Origin: Deltaproteobacteria bacterium
GTDB lineage: Bacteria > Desulfobacterota > Syntrophia > Syntrophales > UBA6807
Reading direction: 5' to 3'
DNA length: 45,187 nucleotides
NCBI GenBank assembly: GCA_011056835.1
Contig: DSDU01000096.1
Span: forward strand, 1 to 45,187
This document shows positions 9,588-21,350 of this stretch, piece by piece. Under the pieces are notes generated by a model. That model was not told the DNA's origin. It searched no databases and worked only from the letters and a program-made list of their open reading frames with translations. The translations under genes and the position numbers were made by a program. Numbering within the stretch: the first letter of the stretch is position 1; every line of letters begins with the position of its first letter.

Positions 9588-9938
9588 CTAGACAAGTTCT
9601 ATCTGTGAAAGGGGTGCATTATCGCCGACTCGACGACCAAGTTTGATAATTCTCGTATACCCGCCTGCCCTCTCAACGTACCGAGGAGATAATTCATCAA
9701 AAACTTTTTTCGTAACTTCACGATCCCTGATATAGGAAAGTGCCTGCCTTCTGGCATGGAGCGTACCCCTCTTGCCTAAAGTGATCATTTTATCGGCAAC
9801 TCTCCTTAATTCCTTTGCTTTTACATCCGTCGTGACAATTTTTTCATGTTGCAGCAAGGATGTTACCATATTTCTCAACAAAGCCTTCCTATGGCTCGAA
9901 GTTCTTCCCAGTCTCTTTACAGCCTTTCTATGACGCAT
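9588..9938 (-). CDS. rplQ: 50S ribosomal protein L17
   Basis: [17 protein letters not shown] and GGYTRIIK. True start at 9938; the ORF track is over-extended. Confidence 0.97.
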   Translation of the reverse strand: MRHRKAVKRLGRTSSHRKALLRNMVTSLLQHEKIVTTDVKAKELRRVADKMITLGKRGTLHARRQALSYIRDREVTKKVFDELSPRYVERAGGYTRIIKLGRRVGDNAPLSQIELV

Positions 9939-9972
9939 TGAACTAAATTCCTTTCCGAAGCATGAGGATGTT

Positions 9973-10989
9973 CTATTCTTCGCTACTCTCCATTGTATCT
10001 TCTCTCTGTTCACCTAAAAAAGGATGGAAATCCATCTTCATACCGAGAGCGAGTCCCATTTCCGAGAGAATCTCTTTGATTTCATTCAGTGATTTTCTTC
10101 CGAAGTTCTTTGTTTTGAGCATTTCCGCTTCACTGCGCTGAACGAGCTCCCCTATGAGATGAATACCCGCATTCTTCAAGCAGTTTGCTGATCTGACTGA
10201 AAGTTCCAGCTCATCAACACTCTTGAACAGGTTTTCGTTGACTTGCTCTCTCTCTTCTTTTTTTTCCTCTTCCTCAATTTCTTCGATTTCTTCGAAGTTG
10301 ATAAAGGGATCAAGTTGCTCCTTCAATATCTTTGCAGCATACGCGACGGCATCCTCGGGAAAAACACTCCCATCTGTCCAAACTTCAAGCACAAGACGGT
10401 CGTAGTCGGTAATTTGGCCGACGCGGGCATATGAAACAGTGTATGTCACTTTTTTTATTGGCGAAAAGATTGCATCAATATTTATCGTGCCTTCCGGCTG
10501 ATCAGGATCCTTCTCTTTTTTTGCCGGAACATAGCCCTTCCCAAAATCGACAACCATCTCGGCGTTAAAAGAATGACCGCTTGACAGCGTTGCTATGTAA
10601 TGTTCCGGATTCAGTACGTCGACAGTACCATCCGTCATGATATCTCCTGCCGTTACGACACCACCCGTTGTCACATTAATACTTACTGTTTTTGCTCCAT
10701 CATGATGAAGTTTGAATCGAACGCCTTTTAGGTTGAGTATAATATCGGTAACATCTTCCTTCACACCGGGAACTGTTGAAAACTCATGAAGAACTCCGTC
10801 AATCCTAACGGATATAATAGCCGCACCGTAAATTGATGACAGGAGCACTCTTCGCAAGGCATTGCCCAGGGTATTACCGAATCCCTTCTCTAGCGGCTGG
10901 CACTCAAATTCACCATAATACTTTGTATGGGTCTTTTCATCAATTTCTATGCGTTTTGGTTTTATTAAGCTTCGCCAGTTTCTCTGCAT
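9973..10989 (-). CDS. rpoA: RNA polymerase alpha subunit
   Basis: [32 protein letters not shown] and [10 protein letters not shown]. Start is MQRNW at 10989. Confidence 0.98.
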   Translation of the reverse strand: MQRNWRSLIKPKRIEIDEKTHTKYYGEFECQPLEKGFGNTLGNALRRVLLSSIYGAAIISVRIDGVLHEFSTVPGVKEDVTDIILNLKGVRFKLHHDGAKTVSINVTTGGVVTAGDIMTDGTVDVLNPEHYIATLSSGHSFNAEMVVDFGKGYVPAKKEKDPDQPEGTINIDAIFSPIKKVTYTVSYARVGQITDYDRLVLEVWTDGSVFPEDAVAYAAKILKEQLDPFINFEEIEEIEEEEKKEEREQVNENLFKSVDELELSVRSANCLKNAGIHLIGELVQRSEAEMLKTKNFGRKSLNEIKEILSEMGLALGMKMDFHPFLGEQREDTMESSEE

Positions 10990-11019
10990 AATTTTCCTTC
11001 CCTTTAACAATGGGTTCAT

Positions 11020-11646
11020 TTACTTGGAGTAAAGCTCAACCACCAGTTGCTCCTGCATCGGCATCGTCAATTCTTCACGTGTGGGTAATCGCTTGACAAT
11101 ACCGGTATAGCTATCCTTATCCAATTCCAACCATTGCGGGACACCCCTTCTGGCGACCGTTTCGACGGCTTCGCTGATCCGACCAACTGTTCTGCTTTTC
11201 TCTTTAACCTTTATTGTATCTCCGACCTTGACAAGATATGACGGTATATTAACTTTTTTGCCATTAACCAGGAAGTGATTATGCCGTATAAGCTGCCGCG
11301 CTTCATGGCGTGACGCGGACAACCCAAATCGATATACCATATTATCTAATCTCCGCTCGAGGAAAATAAGAAGATTCGTACCGGTCACACCCTTCTGCCT
11401 ATCTGCCTTTGTAAAATATCCTCTGAATTGTTTCTCAAGAAGACCATACATTCTTTTGACCTTCTGCTTTTCCCGAAGCTGAATACCATAATCCGTCCGC
11501 TTCCGCCTAGATTGTCCATGTTCTCCAGGAGCGTAGCCACGCCTTTCAAAAGCACATTTATCACTGTAACATCTGTCTCCCTTGAGAAACAGCTTTAAAC
11601 CTTCACTTCGGCATAATCTACATAATGAACCTCTATAACGTGCCAA
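11020..11646 (-). CDS. rpsD: 30S ribosomal protein S4 (Cys-containing N-terminus)
   Basis: [27 protein letters not shown] and VELYSK. TTG start. Confidence 0.98.
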   Translation of the reverse strand: MARYRGSLCRLCRSEGLKLFLKGDRCYSDKCAFERRGYAPGEHGQSRRKRTDYGIQLREKQKVKRMYGLLEKQFRGYFTKADRQKGVTGTNLLIFLERRLDNMVYRFGLSASRHEARQLIRHNHFLVNGKKVNIPSYLVKVGDTIKVKEKSRTVGRISEAVETVARRGVPQWLELDKDSYTGIVKRLPTREELTMPMQEQLVVELYSK

Positions 11647-11685
11647 AGTATTCCTCCATTTCTTTTTTTAATGTATTTATAGTCG

Positions 11686-12078
11686 TTATACTCTTCGTTT
11701 TTTCGGGGGCCGGCAACCATTATGAGGAATGGGAGTAACGTCTTTAATCATCGTTATGTTTACGCCAGCCGACTGTATCGCTCTCAATGCCGATTCACGG
11801 CCTGAACCCGGACCTTTTACATATACCTGAACCGTTCTTAATCCGTGTTCTTTTGCCTTTTTGACTGCCTCCTCTCCGGCCTGCTGTGCCGCAAAGGGAG
11901 TTCCCTTTCTTGATCCCTTAAACCCCTGAACTCCGCTTGAAGACCAAGAGATGACATTACCGCTTACGTCCGTAATCGTAACAATAGTATTATTGAAGGT
12001 AGACTGAATGTGGGCAACACCTTCACTGATATTTTTCTTTTCTTTTTTCTTTCCGCTTTTTCTCGCGCGTCTAGCCAT
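11686..12078 (-). CDS. rpsK: 30S ribosomal protein S11
   Basis: STFNNTIVT and [18 protein letters not shown]. Confidence 0.98.
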   Translation of the reverse strand: MARRARKSGKKKEKKNISEGVAHIQSTFNNTIVTITDVSGNVISWSSSGVQGFKGSRKGTPFAAQQAGEEAVKKAKEHGLRTVQVYVKGPGSGRESALRAIQSAGVNITMIKDVTPIPHNGCRPPKKRRV

Positions 12079-12096
12079 TTTTCCTCCGGATCTTCC

Positions 12097-12465
12097 TTAT
12101 TTCCGTTTTCCGCCAATTGCTCGCCGTGGACCTTTTCTCGTCCGTGCATTTGTGCATGTTCGCTGTCCCCGCACCGGGAGACCTTTTCTATGCCTTAAAC
12201 CCCGGTAAGCCCCGATATCCATAAGTCGTTTCATCGACATAGCAATTTCTCGTCTCAGGTCACCCTCAACCTTGTGCTCCTTATCGATGATATCTCTTAT
12301 GGCGGTAACCTGCTCGTCTAAGAGGTCGTCGCTTTTAGTATCAAATTCTATGCCGGCTTCTTCAAGTATAACTCGCGCTTTTGACCTTCCGATTCCGTAA
12401 ATATAGGTCAGAGCAATTTCCATTCTTTTATTTTTCGGTAAATCAACACCCGCAATTCTTGCCAC
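12097..12465 (-). CDS. rpsM: 30S ribosomal protein S13
   Basis: ARIAGVDLP and [20 protein letters not shown] start. Confidence 0.98.
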   Translation of the reverse strand: MARIAGVDLPKNKRMEIALTYIYGIGRSKARVILEEAGIEFDTKSDDLLDEQVTAIRDIIDKEHKVEGDLRREIAMSMKRLMDIGAYRGLRHRKGLPVRGQRTCTNARTRKGPRRAIGGKRK

Positions 12466-12486
12466 CGTCTGCTAACCTCCTGTATT

Positions 12487-12600
12487 TTAACCCTGTCGTT
12501 GTTTGTGCTTCGGGTCTTCACATATTACACGCAGTACGCCACGTCGCTTAATAATTTTACATTTACTGCACATCTTTTTTACTGAAGCTCGTACCTTCAT
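12487..12600 (-). CDS. rpmJ: 50S ribosomal protein L36 (not in ORF track)
   Basis: Hand translation: [37 protein letters not shown]. Confidence 0.97.
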   Translation of the reverse strand: MKVRASVKKMCSKCKIIKRRGVLRVICEDPKHKQRQG

Positions 12601-12644
12601 GTTTTAACTCCCCTATTATTCCGACAAAACTCTCTGTAAGAACT

Positions 12645-12863
12645 CTATTTTGTCCTGTAAACTATCCGTCCCCGTGTTAGGTCGTATGGTGAAAGCTCAA
12701 CGGTTACTTTATCTCCCGGCAGAATCTTGATGAAGTGCATCCTCATTTTTCCTGAAATATGCGCAAGAACCCTGTGTCCATTTTCAAGCTCCACACGGAA
12801 CATGGCATTCGGAAGTGGTTCAATAACCTTACCCTCTACAACAATTGCCTCTTCTTTTGCCAT
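12645..12863 (-). CDS. infA: Translation initiation factor IF-1
   Basis: [40 protein letters not shown]. Confidence 0.98.
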   Translation of the reverse strand: MAKEEAIVVEGKVIEPLPNAMFRVELENGHRVLAHISGKMRMHFIKILPGDKVTVELSPYDLTRGRIVYRTK

Positions 12864-12914
12864 ATGTTTCGTCTCCATATACTCTAACGAGCAACAATGA
12901 CAGATCATGTGCCG

Positions 12915-13664
12915 TTATGCATGTTTACTTAATATATCGGGACCATCTTCCGTAATAGCGACAGTATGTTCAAAATGTGCAGAGAGTTTGCCATCCAATG
13001 TTACGACTGTCCAACCGTCCTTCATCACCTTGACGTGATATGTACCCTCGTTCACCATCGGTTCGATCGCGAAAACCATCCCAGCCTTCAGGGCGATACC
13101 TCGTCCTTGAATCCCAAAATTCGGAATTTGAGGTTCCTCATGGAGTTTCCGGCCGATCCCGTGTCCAACAAAATCTCTCACGACGGAAAATCCTGCACGT
13201 TCAACATGATTCTGAACAGCGGCAGAAATATCGCCCAATCGATTTTTCGTCCGTGCTTCGGCAATTCCTTTATAAAGGGCTTCGTTTGTTACGTCGATCA
13301 GTCTCTTCGCATTCCCTGAAACGTTACCAACAGGAATGGTCATTGCTGAATCACCGTAGTATCCTTGATAATATGAGCCAAAGTCAAGGCTTACGATATC
13401 ACCATCTTTCAGCACTCGATCCGACGGTATGCCATGGACAACTTCAGAATTCACGGAAACACACAATGACGAAGGGTAGCCCATATATCCTTTAAAGGCC
13501 GGCTTAGCCCCTTTCTTCAGTGTCATTTCCTCAGCATATCGATCAAGATCCTGAGTCGTTATGCCTGGTTGTATTAATGTCTTCAAGCACTCCAAAACCT
13601 CGGCTACGATTTGATTGCTCACCCGCAACTGTTCTATTTCTTCACGAGATTTCAATATAACCAT
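12915..13664 (-). CDS. map: Methionine aminopeptidase type I
   Basis: SVNSEVVHGIP, GHGIG..LHEEP, AIEPM and SAHFEHT. Confidence 0.97.
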   Translation of the reverse strand: MVILKSREEIEQLRVSNQIVAEVLECLKTLIQPGITTQDLDRYAEEMTLKKGAKPAFKGYMGYPSSLCVSVNSEVVHGIPSDRVLKDGDIVSLDFGSYYQGYYGDSAMTIPVGNVSGNAKRLIDVTNEALYKGIAEARTKNRLGDISAAVQNHVERAGFSVVRDFVGHGIGRKLHEEPQIPNFGIQGRGIALKAGMVFAIEPMVNEGTYHVKVMKDGWTVVTLDGKLSAHFEHTVAITEDGPDILSKHA

Positions 13665-13692
13665 AACAAAACGATCTCGACTCGGTGAGTTG

Positions 13693-15000
13693 TCACCGTC
13701 TCCGTCCGATCCGCCCCTTTTTCATGAATCCCTCGTATTGCCGGGTCAACATATGTGCTTCTATTTGCCCCGCAGTATCAAGAGCAACACCGACAACGAT
13801 GAGAAGAGCCGTACCGCCGAAGTAAAAGGGAACATTAAACTTACTTATTAGAATACTCGGCAGGACACATACCGCTGATACGTACAGGGCACCGCTGAAT
13901 GTCAATCGTGTCAGGATCTTATCGATATATGCCGCCGTTCGTTTCCCCGGTCTGATTCCAGGAACGTAGCCACCGTGCTTCTTCATATTGTCAGCCACAT
14001 CGACGGGGTTAAAAGTTACCGCCGTGTAAAAATAGCAGAAAAATATTATAAATGCCACGTACAGGGATTCGTAGAGCAGTCTCCCCGGCATAAGATAGTC
14101 TGAGACTGCGTTCATCCACGGATGCGGCACGAAATTCGCTATTGTCGCCGGAAACATAATGATGGACGACGCAAATATAGGAGGAATGACACCGGCGGTA
14201 TTGACTTTCAAGGGCAAATGCGTTGTTTGCCCACCGTACATCTTCCTTCCGATGATCCTCTTAGCATATTGTACCGGTATCCTTCGCTGTCCACTCTCAA
14301 CAAACACGATGAGCCCAACAACGGCAAGCATCAGAACGAAAAGAATAACGATGAAAAAGATACCCATCTCACCCGTGGACAACAGACGAAACGTATTGAT
14401 AAGACCTTCCGGACCTCTTGCTATGATGCCCGCAAAAATGATGAGAGATATACCGTTTCCTATACCTTTTTCAGTAATGGTTTCACCAAGCCACATAATA
14501 AAGGACGTACCGGCAGTCAGAGTGATGACACTCATGAGTCGGAACCCCCAGCCCGGGTGAAGAACAATGGATACACCTGTGGGTCCCGCCATATTCTCCA
14601 ATCCAATAGCAATACCGAATCCCTGAATCACACTGAGGATAACCGTTCCGTATCGCGTATACTGGGTAATCTTTCTTCTCCCGGCTTCTCCCTCCTTAGA
14701 GAGTCGCTCAAGATGAGGAAACACCACCGTCAACAGTTGAAGAATGATTGAGGCACTGATGTATGGCATGATTCCCAGGGCAAACACGGAAAGCGTGCTC
14801 AGCGCTCCCCCTGCGAACATATCAAAGAGCCCTAAGAGTGAACCCTTGGCCTGATCGAAAAATGCAGCAAGCGCCTGCGTATCGATTCCCGGCGTAGGAA
14901 CGTGTACCCCGATTCTGTATATCGCGAGAAGAAGCAACGTATATAGTATTCTCTTCTGCAGTTCTGGAATCTTCGCAATGTTTCGAAAGCCACCTATCAC
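13693..15000 (-). CDS. secY: Preprotein translocase SecY
   Basis: ALGIMPYISASII, GIGNGISLIIF, AGVIPPIFA and FGGTALLIVV. GTG start. Confidence 0.98.
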   Translation of the reverse strand: MIGGFRNIAKIPELQKRILYTLLLLAIYRIGVHVPTPGIDTQALAAFFDQAKGSLLGLFDMFAGGALSTLSVFALGIMPYISASIILQLLTVVFPHLERLSKEGEAGRRKITQYTRYGTVILSVIQGFGIAIGLENMAGPTGVSIVLHPGWGFRLMSVITLTAGTSFIMWLGETITEKGIGNGISLIIFAGIIARGPEGLINTFRLLSTGEMGIFFIVILFVLMLAVVGLIVFVESGQRRIPVQYAKRIIGRKMYGGQTTHLPLKVNTAGVIPPIFASSIIMFPATIANFVPHPWMNAVSDYLMPGRLLYESLYVAFIIFFCYFYTAVTFNPVDVADNMKKHGGYVPGIRPGKRTAAYIDKILTRLTFSGALYVSAVCVLPSILISKFNVPFYFGGTALLIVVGVALDTAGQIEAHMLTRQYEGFMKKGRIGRRR

Positions 15001-15001
15001 T

Positions 15002-15442
15002 TTAGATAACCTCTACCGAACCACCTGACGCTTCAATTTTCTCACGTGCACTTCTGCTGACTCCACTTACTTTAACCGTCAGGGGATATGTGATCTCACC
15101 CTTACCGAGTAATTTAATTCCGTCACCTGCCTTTTTAATAATTCCTAACTCCAGAAGATGAGTGGCATCAACGACCGAACCTTCCTCGAACTTATTCAAC
15201 ACTTCAAGGTTGATGGTGATAATATTTTTCCGAAACTGATTGCTGAATCCCCGCTTTGGCAACCTTCGCGTCAAGGGCATCTGTCCTCCCTCGAATCCGG
15301 GCTTTACGCCTCCTCCGGAACGGGCGTTTTGCCCTTTCGAACCCTTACAGGATGTTCCTCCATGACCGGATCCATTGCCTCGACCGACACGCTTTCTCTT
15401 TTTTTTTGCACCGACAGGCGGTTTTAATTCACTTAATTTCAT
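15002..15442 (-). CDS. rplO: 50S ribosomal protein L15
   Basis: RVGRGNGSG and [17 protein letters not shown]. Confidence 0.98.
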   Translation of the reverse strand: MKLSELKPPVGAKKKRKRVGRGNGSGHGGTSCKGSKGQNARSGGGVKPGFEGGQMPLTRRLPKRGFSNQFRKNIITINLEVLNKFEEGSVVDATHLLELGIIKKAGDGIKLLGKGEITYPLTVKVSGVSRSAREKIEASGGSVEVI

Positions 15443-15447
15443 GCCTT

Positions 15448-15636
15448 TTACACCTCACATTCTTCGACAGAAATCAGGTGAGAAACCTTCTGTATCATAC
15501 CTCTGATTTCGGCAGTATCCATCAACAAGACTGTTTTATTCATTTTTTTCAGCCCCAAACCGCTGAGAACTTTTTTCTGCTTATCCGGTCTTCCTATGGG
15601 ACTCCTCACCAGCGTTATTTTCAACTTATTTCCCAC
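15448..15636 (-). CDS. rpmD: 50S ribosomal protein L30
   Basis: [13 protein letters not shown]...[12 protein letters not shown]; lies between rpsE and rplO. Confidence 0.96.
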   Translation of the reverse strand: MGNKLKITLVRSPIGRPDKQKKVLSGLGLKKMNKTVLLMDTAEIRGMIQKVSHLISVEECEV

Positions 15637-15663
15637 GATTATGCACCTCTATCCCAACAATCT

Positions 15664-16161
15664 CTATGCCTCAACAGCGGTACTTGTCCCGAGACGTGCC
15701 ACTATATCTTGTTCACTCTTGAGTTTTATCAAACCGTCCATCGTCGCTTTTACAAGATTATGCGGATTGTGAGAACCCAGACATTTCGTCAAAATGTTAT
15801 GAATCCCCGCACATTCAAGAATTGCCCTGACGGCGCCACCGGCAATAAGACCGGTTCCTTCCGAGGCCGGTTTCAACATGACCTTACCTGCACCATACCT
15901 CCCGATTATCTCGTGAGGTATCGTATGTTCCATGAGGGCAATCTTTTTCATGTTCTTTTTGGCCTTTTCCATACCCTTCCTGATTGCCACTGGCACTTCC
16001 TGCGCTTTTCCCAATCCAACGCCAACCGAACCGTTTCCATCACCGACAACGACAATAGCGCTGAACCTGAATCTTCGACCGCCCTTGACGACCTTAGCCG
16101 TCCTCATAATCGCGATTACCTTGTCAAGAAGTTCTAATTCTTCCATAAGTCCCTTTTCCAC
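15664..16161 (-). CDS. rpsE: 30S ribosomal protein S5
   Basis: [13 protein letters not shown] and [12 protein letters not shown]. Start is either GTG 16161 or ATG 16146. Confidence 0.97.
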   Translation of the reverse strand: MEKGLMEELELLDKVIAIMRTAKVVKGGRRFRFSAIVVVGDGNGSVGVGLGKAQEVPVAIRKGMEKAKKNMKKIALMEHTIPHEIIGRYGAGKVMLKPASEGTGLIAGGAVRAILECAGIHNILTKCLGSHNPHNLVKATMDGLIKLKSEQDIVARLGTSTAVEA

Positions 16162-16197
16162 TTCATCTGCTTATAAAGTAATATTTCTTACCGATCA

Positions 16198-16566
16198 CTA
16201 GAATTTCAGGCCCGCTTCGCGCGCTCCTTCGGCTAACGCCTTCACTCTTCCGTGGTAGAGAAATGGCCCCCTGTCAAACACGGCCGTTGTTATATTTCGA
16301 GCAGTCAATTTTTGTGCGACCAAAGACCCAACTTTTCTTGCCGCTTCACTTTTTTTCAATCCAGAGAGATTTCCTCTGAGCTCTTTGCTCAGCGTGGAAG
16401 CGCTTGCTATCGTCTGTCCCACATCATCTGCCACAGCCTGCACATAGATATGCTTCGCACTCCGAAATACTGAAAGACGGGGTCTATCTTCGGTGCCGAA
16501 AAGTTTCCCTCTTACTCTTTGTTTCCGCTTTGCCCTAATTTGTTCTAATTTCTTTATTGAACCCAA
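16198..16566 (-). CDS. rplR: 50S ribosomal protein L18
   Basis: RPRLSVFRS and [23 protein letters not shown]. Confidence 0.97.
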   Translation of the reverse strand: MGSIKKLEQIRAKRKQRVRGKLFGTEDRPRLSVFRSAKHIYVQAVADDVGQTIASASTLSKELRGNLSGLKKSEAARKVGSLVAQKLTARNITTAVFDRGPFLYHGRVKALAEGAREAGLKF

Positions 16567-16589
16567 CGTCGGACCTCTCTATCTAAAAA

Positions 16590-17132
16590 TTATTTTCCGG
16601 CAGACTTGCCAATTTTCCTTCTGATCTTCTCACCGGCATATCTGATCCCCTTTCCTTTATAGGGTTCGGGCTTTTTAATGCTTCGTATCTGGGCCGCTAC
16701 TCGTCCTACGAATTCCTTATCAAAACCGGACACAACCATGTTGACCTGTTTGTCAATCTTGATGGATATACCTTCAGGAATCGCATATTCCACAGGTTTT
16801 GAATAGCCGACAAATAATCTGAGAATCTTATCATCGACCAACTCTGCCCGATATCCGACACCACTGATTTCAAGGCCCTTTGTAAAGCCGGAACTTACAC
16901 CGGTTACCATATTGTCGATTAATGTCCTCACAAGACCGTGAAAGGATCTTCCTTTCTTATCATCTGCAACCCTCTGTATAATTATCATGTTGTCGTCTAT
17001 AACAACTTTCACTTCGCTCGGAATATTCTGCGACAACTTTCCCTTCGGACCGTCAACAACCACCATCGACTCTTCCACGGCAACCTTGACGTCACTTGGA
17101 ATTTCTATCGATTTTCTACCAATTCTAGACAT
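16590..17132 (-). CDS. rplF: 50S ribosomal protein L6
   Basis: MSRIGR and PEPYKGKGIRY. Confidence 0.98.
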   Translation of the reverse strand: MSRIGRKSIEIPSDVKVAVEESMVVVDGPKGKLSQNIPSEVKVVIDDNMIIIQRVADDKKGRSFHGLVRTLIDNMVTGVSSGFTKGLEISGVGYRAELVDDKILRLFVGYSKPVEYAIPEGISIKIDKQVNMVVSGFDKEFVGRVAAQIRSIKKPEPYKGKGIRYAGEKIRRKIGKSAGK

Positions 17133-17167
17133 GCGTGAATCTCCCAGTTACCCTTGCGTGTTGTTTT

Positions 17168-17572
17168 CTACCATACATTACAGAGAATCTCCCCCCCGAC
17201 ATTCATGTCACGCGCCTCTTTGTCGGTTATAATACCCCGTGATGTCGAAAGGACTGCTATGCCATACCCATTGAGAACTTCGGGGATTTCTTTACTTCCA
17301 ACATAGAATCTCCGCCCCGGTTTACTCACTCTTTGAATATCCGTAATAATTCTTTCATTCGAATCCGAATATCTCAGGTAGATTCTCAACAGCCCCATCC
17401 GTCGTTTGCCGTCCCGCTTAACTTCAAATCCACTTATATAACCGCTCTTCTTCAGGACTTTTGCAATATTCAAATTCATCTTCGAAAAAAGCACATCCGC
17501 ACTTTTAAACTTTCGATGATTTGCATTCCTTACCCTTGTCAGCATATCAGCAATAGGATCCGACATTCCCAT
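17168..17572 (-). CDS. rpsH: 30S ribosomal protein S8
   Basis: DPIADMLTRVRNA, SKPGRR and GGEILCNVW. Confidence 0.98.
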   Translation of the reverse strand: MGMSDPIADMLTRVRNANHRKFKSADVLFSKMNLNIAKVLKKSGYISGFEVKRDGKRRMGLLRIYLRYSDSNERIITDIQRVSKPGRRFYVGSKEIPEVLNGYGIAVLSTSRGIITDKEARDMNVGGEILCNVW

Positions 17573-17584
17573 AAGGCTTCTCCT

Positions 17585-17770
17585 CTACCAACTCGACTTT
17601 ATCACACCGGGCAATGCCCCGTTTGATGCGAGTTTTCTCAAACATAACCTACACATATCAAATTTTCTGTAATACGCCCGCGGTCGTCCGCAGAGGGGAC
17701 ATCTATTATACTCCCTTACAGCAAATTTCTTCGTCCGTGTCGCTTTTGCAATTAAGGATTTTTTCGCCAC
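17585..17770 (-). CDS. rpsN: 30S ribosomal protein S14, short zinc-binding type Z
   Basis: 61 aa, RCPLCGR...CRLC...[11 protein letters not shown] start. Confidence 0.97.
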   Translation of the reverse strand: MAKKSLIAKATRTKKFAVREYNRCPLCGRPRAYYRKFDMCRLCLRKLASNGALPGVIKSSW

Positions 17771-17793
17771 GCTCACTCCTCCGGGTTTATCTG

Positions 17794-18333
17794 CTAATTT
17801 CTAAAAGGAACTCCCATCAACCGCAACAATTGTCGAGCCTCATCATCAGACTTTGCCGATGTAACAATCGTAATGTTCATTCCTCTCACTTTGTCGATTT
17901 TATCATATTCAATTTCAGGAAAAATGAACTGTTCCCTCACGCCGAGAGAAAAATTCCCCCGTCCATCAAAAGATCGAGGTGAAATTCCTCTAAAATCCCT
18001 TATGCGCGGAATTGCAACATTGACCAGTCTGTCAAAAAACTCATACATTCTTTCGCTTCGCAACGTAACCGAACAACCGATAGACATTCCCTTCCTGACT
18101 TTAAACGTTGCTATCGATTTTTTCGCTTTCGTGATCACCGGCTTCTGTCCAACAATCACGGAAAGTTCGTCAGCTGCATTATCGAGCACTTTGATATTCT
18201 GGGTGGCCTCACCAAGCCCCATATTTACAACAATTTTCTCGATCTTAGGAACTTGCATCGTATTTCTATAATTAAATTCCTTCATTAACGCAGGAATGAC
18301 TTCTTTTTTATAATATTCTTTCAAACGTGCCAT
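17794..18333 (-). CDS. rplE: 50S ribosomal protein L5
   Basis: [17 protein letters not shown] and FDGRGN. Confidence 0.98.
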   Translation of the reverse strand: MARLKEYYKKEVIPALMKEFNYRNTMQVPKIEKIVVNMGLGEATQNIKVLDNAADELSVIVGQKPVITKAKKSIATFKVRKGMSIGCSVTLRSERMYEFFDRLVNVAIPRIRDFRGISPRSFDGRGNFSLGVREQFIFPEIEYDKIDKVRGMNITIVTSAKSDDEARQLLRLMGVPFRN

Positions 18334-18347
18334 GAATTTCCCTCGTC

Positions 18348-18668
18348 CTATTCATCCAATATCTCGTTACACTTTCTGCAGACACGAACCTTTTTCTTAT
18401 CTTCCAATACCTTAAAACCAACCCGAACACCTGTATTACACTTATTGCACAGCACCATCACATTCGAAATGTGAACGGACCCTTCTTTTTCAACCACTCC
18501 ACCTTTGCCCCTTGCATCGGGTCTTTGATGTCTTTTGACGACGTGCAGTTTCTCGATGACAACGCGATCTCTCTCTTTTACAACTGATAAAACCTTGCCG
18601 GTTTTCCCTTTTTCCTTACCGGCAGTTACCTGAACCATATCTCCTTTTTTTATATGCATTTCCCGCAT
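18348..18668 (-). CDS. rplX: 50S ribosomal protein L24
   Basis: KOW motif [19 protein letters not shown] and HISNV. Confidence 0.97.
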   Translation of the reverse strand: MREMHIKKGDMVQVTAGKEKGKTGKVLSVVKERDRVVIEKLHVVKRHQRPDARGKGGVVEKEGSVHISNVMVLCNKCNTGVRVGFKVLEDKKKVRVCRKCNEILDE

Positions 18669-18706
18669 TTTTATATCCTCAACTTACTATAAACCACGAT
18701 ATAATA

Positions 18707-19075
18707 TTAAATAACCTCAGGAGCCAGCGATACTATTTTCATAAAACGTCGTGCCCGCAACTCCCGCGCAACCGGCCCGAAGATTCTGGTTCCGATTGGC
18801 TCACCTGCATCATTTATGAGCACAGCGGCGTTATCATCAAATCTTAGACTTGAACCGTCATCCCGACCGATTTCTTTCCTAGTCCTCACAACGACGGCCT
18901 TCATTACATCCCCCTTTTTAACCTTCGAATTGGGAATAGCCTCTTTGACGGAAACAATGATAATGTCACCAATCGAAGCATATCTTCTTCTGCTCCCACC
19001 CAGCACTTTTATACAAGCTACTTTTTTAGCGCCTGAGTTATCTGCAACGCTCAACCTAGTCTGCATCTGTATCAT
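18707..19075 (-). CDS. rplN: 50S ribosomal protein L14
   Basis: MIQ...VADNSGAK and [13 protein letters not shown]. Confidence 0.98.
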   Translation of the reverse strand: MIQMQTRLSVADNSGAKKVACIKVLGGSRRRYASIGDIIIVSVKEAIPNSKVKKGDVMKAVVVRTRKEIGRDDGSSLRFDDNAAVLINDAGEPIGTRIFGPVARELRARRFMKIVSLAPEVI

Positions 19076-19124
19076 AATTCACCCCAAAACATACCCATCA
19101 CACACAGCTATCAACGAATTTCTA

Positions 19125-19382
19125 TTATTTCACCCGCTCAAGAATTTCCCGAACCTGCCATCGCTTCTCTTTGCTCAGAGGACGTGATTCAACAATCAGC
19201 ACCGTATCACCAATATTGCACCCGTTGTTTTCATCATGGGCTTTGTATTTCTTATGTTGTCTTAAATATTTATGGAATTTGGGATGCTTAACCAATCTTT
19301 CCGTCAAAACAACAACTGTTTTATCCATTTTATTACTCACAACAACGCCCTGAATGGTTCTTTTGTTACCCCTCGTCTCCAT
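19125..19382 (-). CDS. rpsQ: 30S ribosomal protein S17
   Basis: [14 protein letters not shown] and [11 protein letters not shown]. Confidence 0.98.
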   Translation of the reverse strand: METRGNKRTIQGVVVSNKMDKTVVVLTERLVKHPKFHKYLRQHKKYKAHDENNGCNIGDTVLIVESRPLSKEKRWQVREILERVK

Positions 19383-19385
19383 ACC

Positions 19386-19583
19386 CTACTTGCCATCCTC
19401 CTTTTCACTCAGAACGGTCTTTATGCGTGCAATATCTTTTCTAACTTGTTTCAATGCAGACGTGGAGTCCAGTTGCCCTGTCGCGTGTCTGAAACGGAGC
19501 TTGAAAAGTTCCTCAGTAAGATTTTTCTCTTTTTCTTTTAACTCCTCACTACCGAGGTCACGTATCTCTTTAATCTTCATCAA
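19386..19583 (-). CDS. rpmC: 50S ribosomal protein L29
   Basis: ELFKLRF..ATGQL and [10 protein letters not shown]. Confidence 0.97.
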   Translation of the reverse strand: MMKIKEIRDLGSEELKEKEKNLTEELFKLRFRHATGQLDSTSALKQVRKDIARIKTVLSEKEDGK

Positions 19584-19992
19584 AAATCTCCCTTGTCAGA
19601 AACTTTGTTTTTAGCGGAAGCTTATGAGCTGCCAATCGGCATGCTTCTCGCGCCATCTCCTTGGATACACCTTCGATTTCATAAAGGACACGGCCCGGTT
19701 TCACGACGGCAACCCACTCTTCAGGAGATCCTTTTCCCTTGCCCATTCTGGTTTCCGCAGGTTTCTTTGTTACTGATTTATGAGGAAATATCCTGATCCA
19801 TATCTTTCCGCCACGCCTTACATGGCGGGTCATGGCAATACGAGCGGATTCAATTTGTCTCGCTGTAATTCTACCGCACTCGAGAGCCTGAATACCGAAT
19901 TGCCCAAACTCAATTTTGTCACCGCCCTTTGATTTTCCACTCATGCGGCCTTTTTGTATTTTTCTATACTTTATTCTCTTTGGAGCTAACAT
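19570..19992 (-). CDS. rplP: 50S ribosomal protein L16
   Basis: [18 protein letters not shown] and AAHKLP. Confidence 0.98.
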   Translation of the reverse strand: MLAPKRIKYRKIQKGRMSGKSKGGDKIEFGQFGIQALECGRITARQIESARIAMTRHVRRGGKIWIRIFPHKSVTKKPAETRMGKGKGSPEEWVAVVKPGRVLYEIEGVSKEMAREACRLAAHKLPLKTKFLTREIFDED

Positions 19993-20027
19993 ATCGTTTA
20001 TCCCGCTTTAGAAACAATCAATTATTT

Positions 20028-20675
20028 TTAAACAGCCATCTCTTTTCTGTCCGGCAATATCTCACCGTGGAATATCAGCACTTTGATGCCGATTACACCG
20101 TAGGTTGTTCTTGCCTCGGCAAAACCATAATCAATATCAGCCCGTAAGGTATGGAGAGGAACACGTCCCTCCCGGTACCACTCTCGCCGCGCCATCTCCG
20201 CACCGCCAAGCCTCCCTGCGCAGGCCACCCTGATCCCCTGTGCACCAAATTTGAGAGCAGATGTAACGCTTCGTTTCATTGCCCGCCTGAACGCAACCCT
20301 TCTTTCAAGCTGGAGGGCAACATTTTCAGCAACGAGCTGCGCATCTACCTCTGGTTTCCGCACTTCCAATATATTGATAATGACTTCACCCGTCATTATC
20401 TGTTCGAGCTCTTTTTTCAGTTTCTCGATTTCAGCACCTTTTCGTCCGATAATGATTCCCGGACGGGCCACGCGCATGTTTATCTTGGCCTTATCTGCGG
20501 CGCGCTCAATTTCAATCTTTGAAATACCGGCGTGATAAAATTTATCTTTTAAATATCTTTTAATTTTAAGATCTTCGTGAAGGACCTGGCTATAGTTTTT
20601 CTCCGCAAACCATTGGGAGTCCCATGTTTTAACAATTCCTAACCTCAGCCCGATCGGGTTAACCTTTTGCCCCAA
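20028..20675 (-). CDS. rpsC: 30S ribosomal protein S3
   Basis: [12 protein letters not shown] and [17 protein letters not shown] start. Confidence 0.98.
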   Translation of the reverse strand: MGQKVNPIGLRLGIVKTWDSQWFAEKNYSQVLHEDLKIKRYLKDKFYHAGISKIEIERAADKAKINMRVARPGIIIGRKGAEIEKLKKELEQIMTGEVIINILEVRKPEVDAQLVAENVALQLERRVAFRRAMKRSVTSALKFGAQGIRVACAGRLGGAEMARREWYREGRVPLHTLRADIDYGFAEARTTYGVIGIKVLIFHGEILPDRKEMAV

Positions 20676-20693
20676 GCTTCACCTCCTGCTTCT

Positions 20694-21026
20694 CTATTGC
20701 TCACCAAGTATTATTGTAATATGACTCATTTTCTTTCGTATGGGCGCGACTCTCCCCTGCGCACGAGCCCGCCACCGTCTCATCGTAGGCCCTTGACCGA
20801 CATACGTTTCCTTTACATAGAGAATATTTTCGTCGATATTCGGATTCTGGGTTGCATTTGCGACCGCAGATTTCAATATTTTCTTTACAATACCAGCCGC
20901 CTTTTTCGGTGTAAACGTCAAGATACGATCCGCATCTTCGACTTTCTTTCCCCGAATCATATCAACAACCAACCTCACCTTTTGCGGTGAAATGCGAACA
21001 TATTTTGCAACAGCTCTTGTTTCCAT
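20694..21026 (-). CDS. rplV: 50S ribosomal protein L22
   Basis: RISPQKVRLV, SAVANA and RARAQGR. Start set at ATG 21026. Confidence 0.97.
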   Translation of the reverse strand: METRAVAKYVRISPQKVRLVVDMIRGKKVEDADRILTFTPKKAAGIVKKILKSAVANATQNPNIDENILYVKETYVGQGPTMRRWRARAQGRVAPIRKKMSHITIILGEQ

Positions 21027-21062
21027 ATCTCTCAAAACCCCGAGCATCAATTTTTCTACTGT

Positions 21063-21347
21063 TTATCGCCTCTTCATCCGCGATTTTCTGTCGCCTGCAT
21101 GACTGTAAAAGGTCCTTGTCGGGGCAAATTCGCCGAGTTTGTGCCCGACCATATTCTCGGTAACAAAGACGGGAATGAATTTCCTTCCGTTATGAACGGC
21201 AAATGTATGCCCCACAAATTCCGGCGTTATGGTCGAACGACGAGACCACGTTTTTATCACAGCCCTGCTACTCGTTTCTTCAGCCTTTTGAACCTTAGTG
21301 AGCAGATGGTCGTCTACAAACGGACCCTTTTTGATTGATCGTGCCAC
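21063..21347 (-). CDS. rpsS: 30S ribosomal protein S19
   Basis: [14 protein letters not shown] and [11 protein letters not shown]. Confidence 0.98.
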   Translation of the reverse strand: MARSIKKGPFVDDHLLTKVQKAEETSSRAVIKTWSRRSTITPEFVGHTFAVHNGRKFIPVFVTENMVGHKLGEFAPTRTFYSHAGDRKSRMKRR

Positions 21348-21350
21348 CCT

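Noticed and set aside
14122-16137. Long plus-strand ORFs (209 aa and 293 aa) opposite secY and rplO-rpmD-rpsE
   Set aside because: Antisense shadows of conserved genes with no recognisable motifs.
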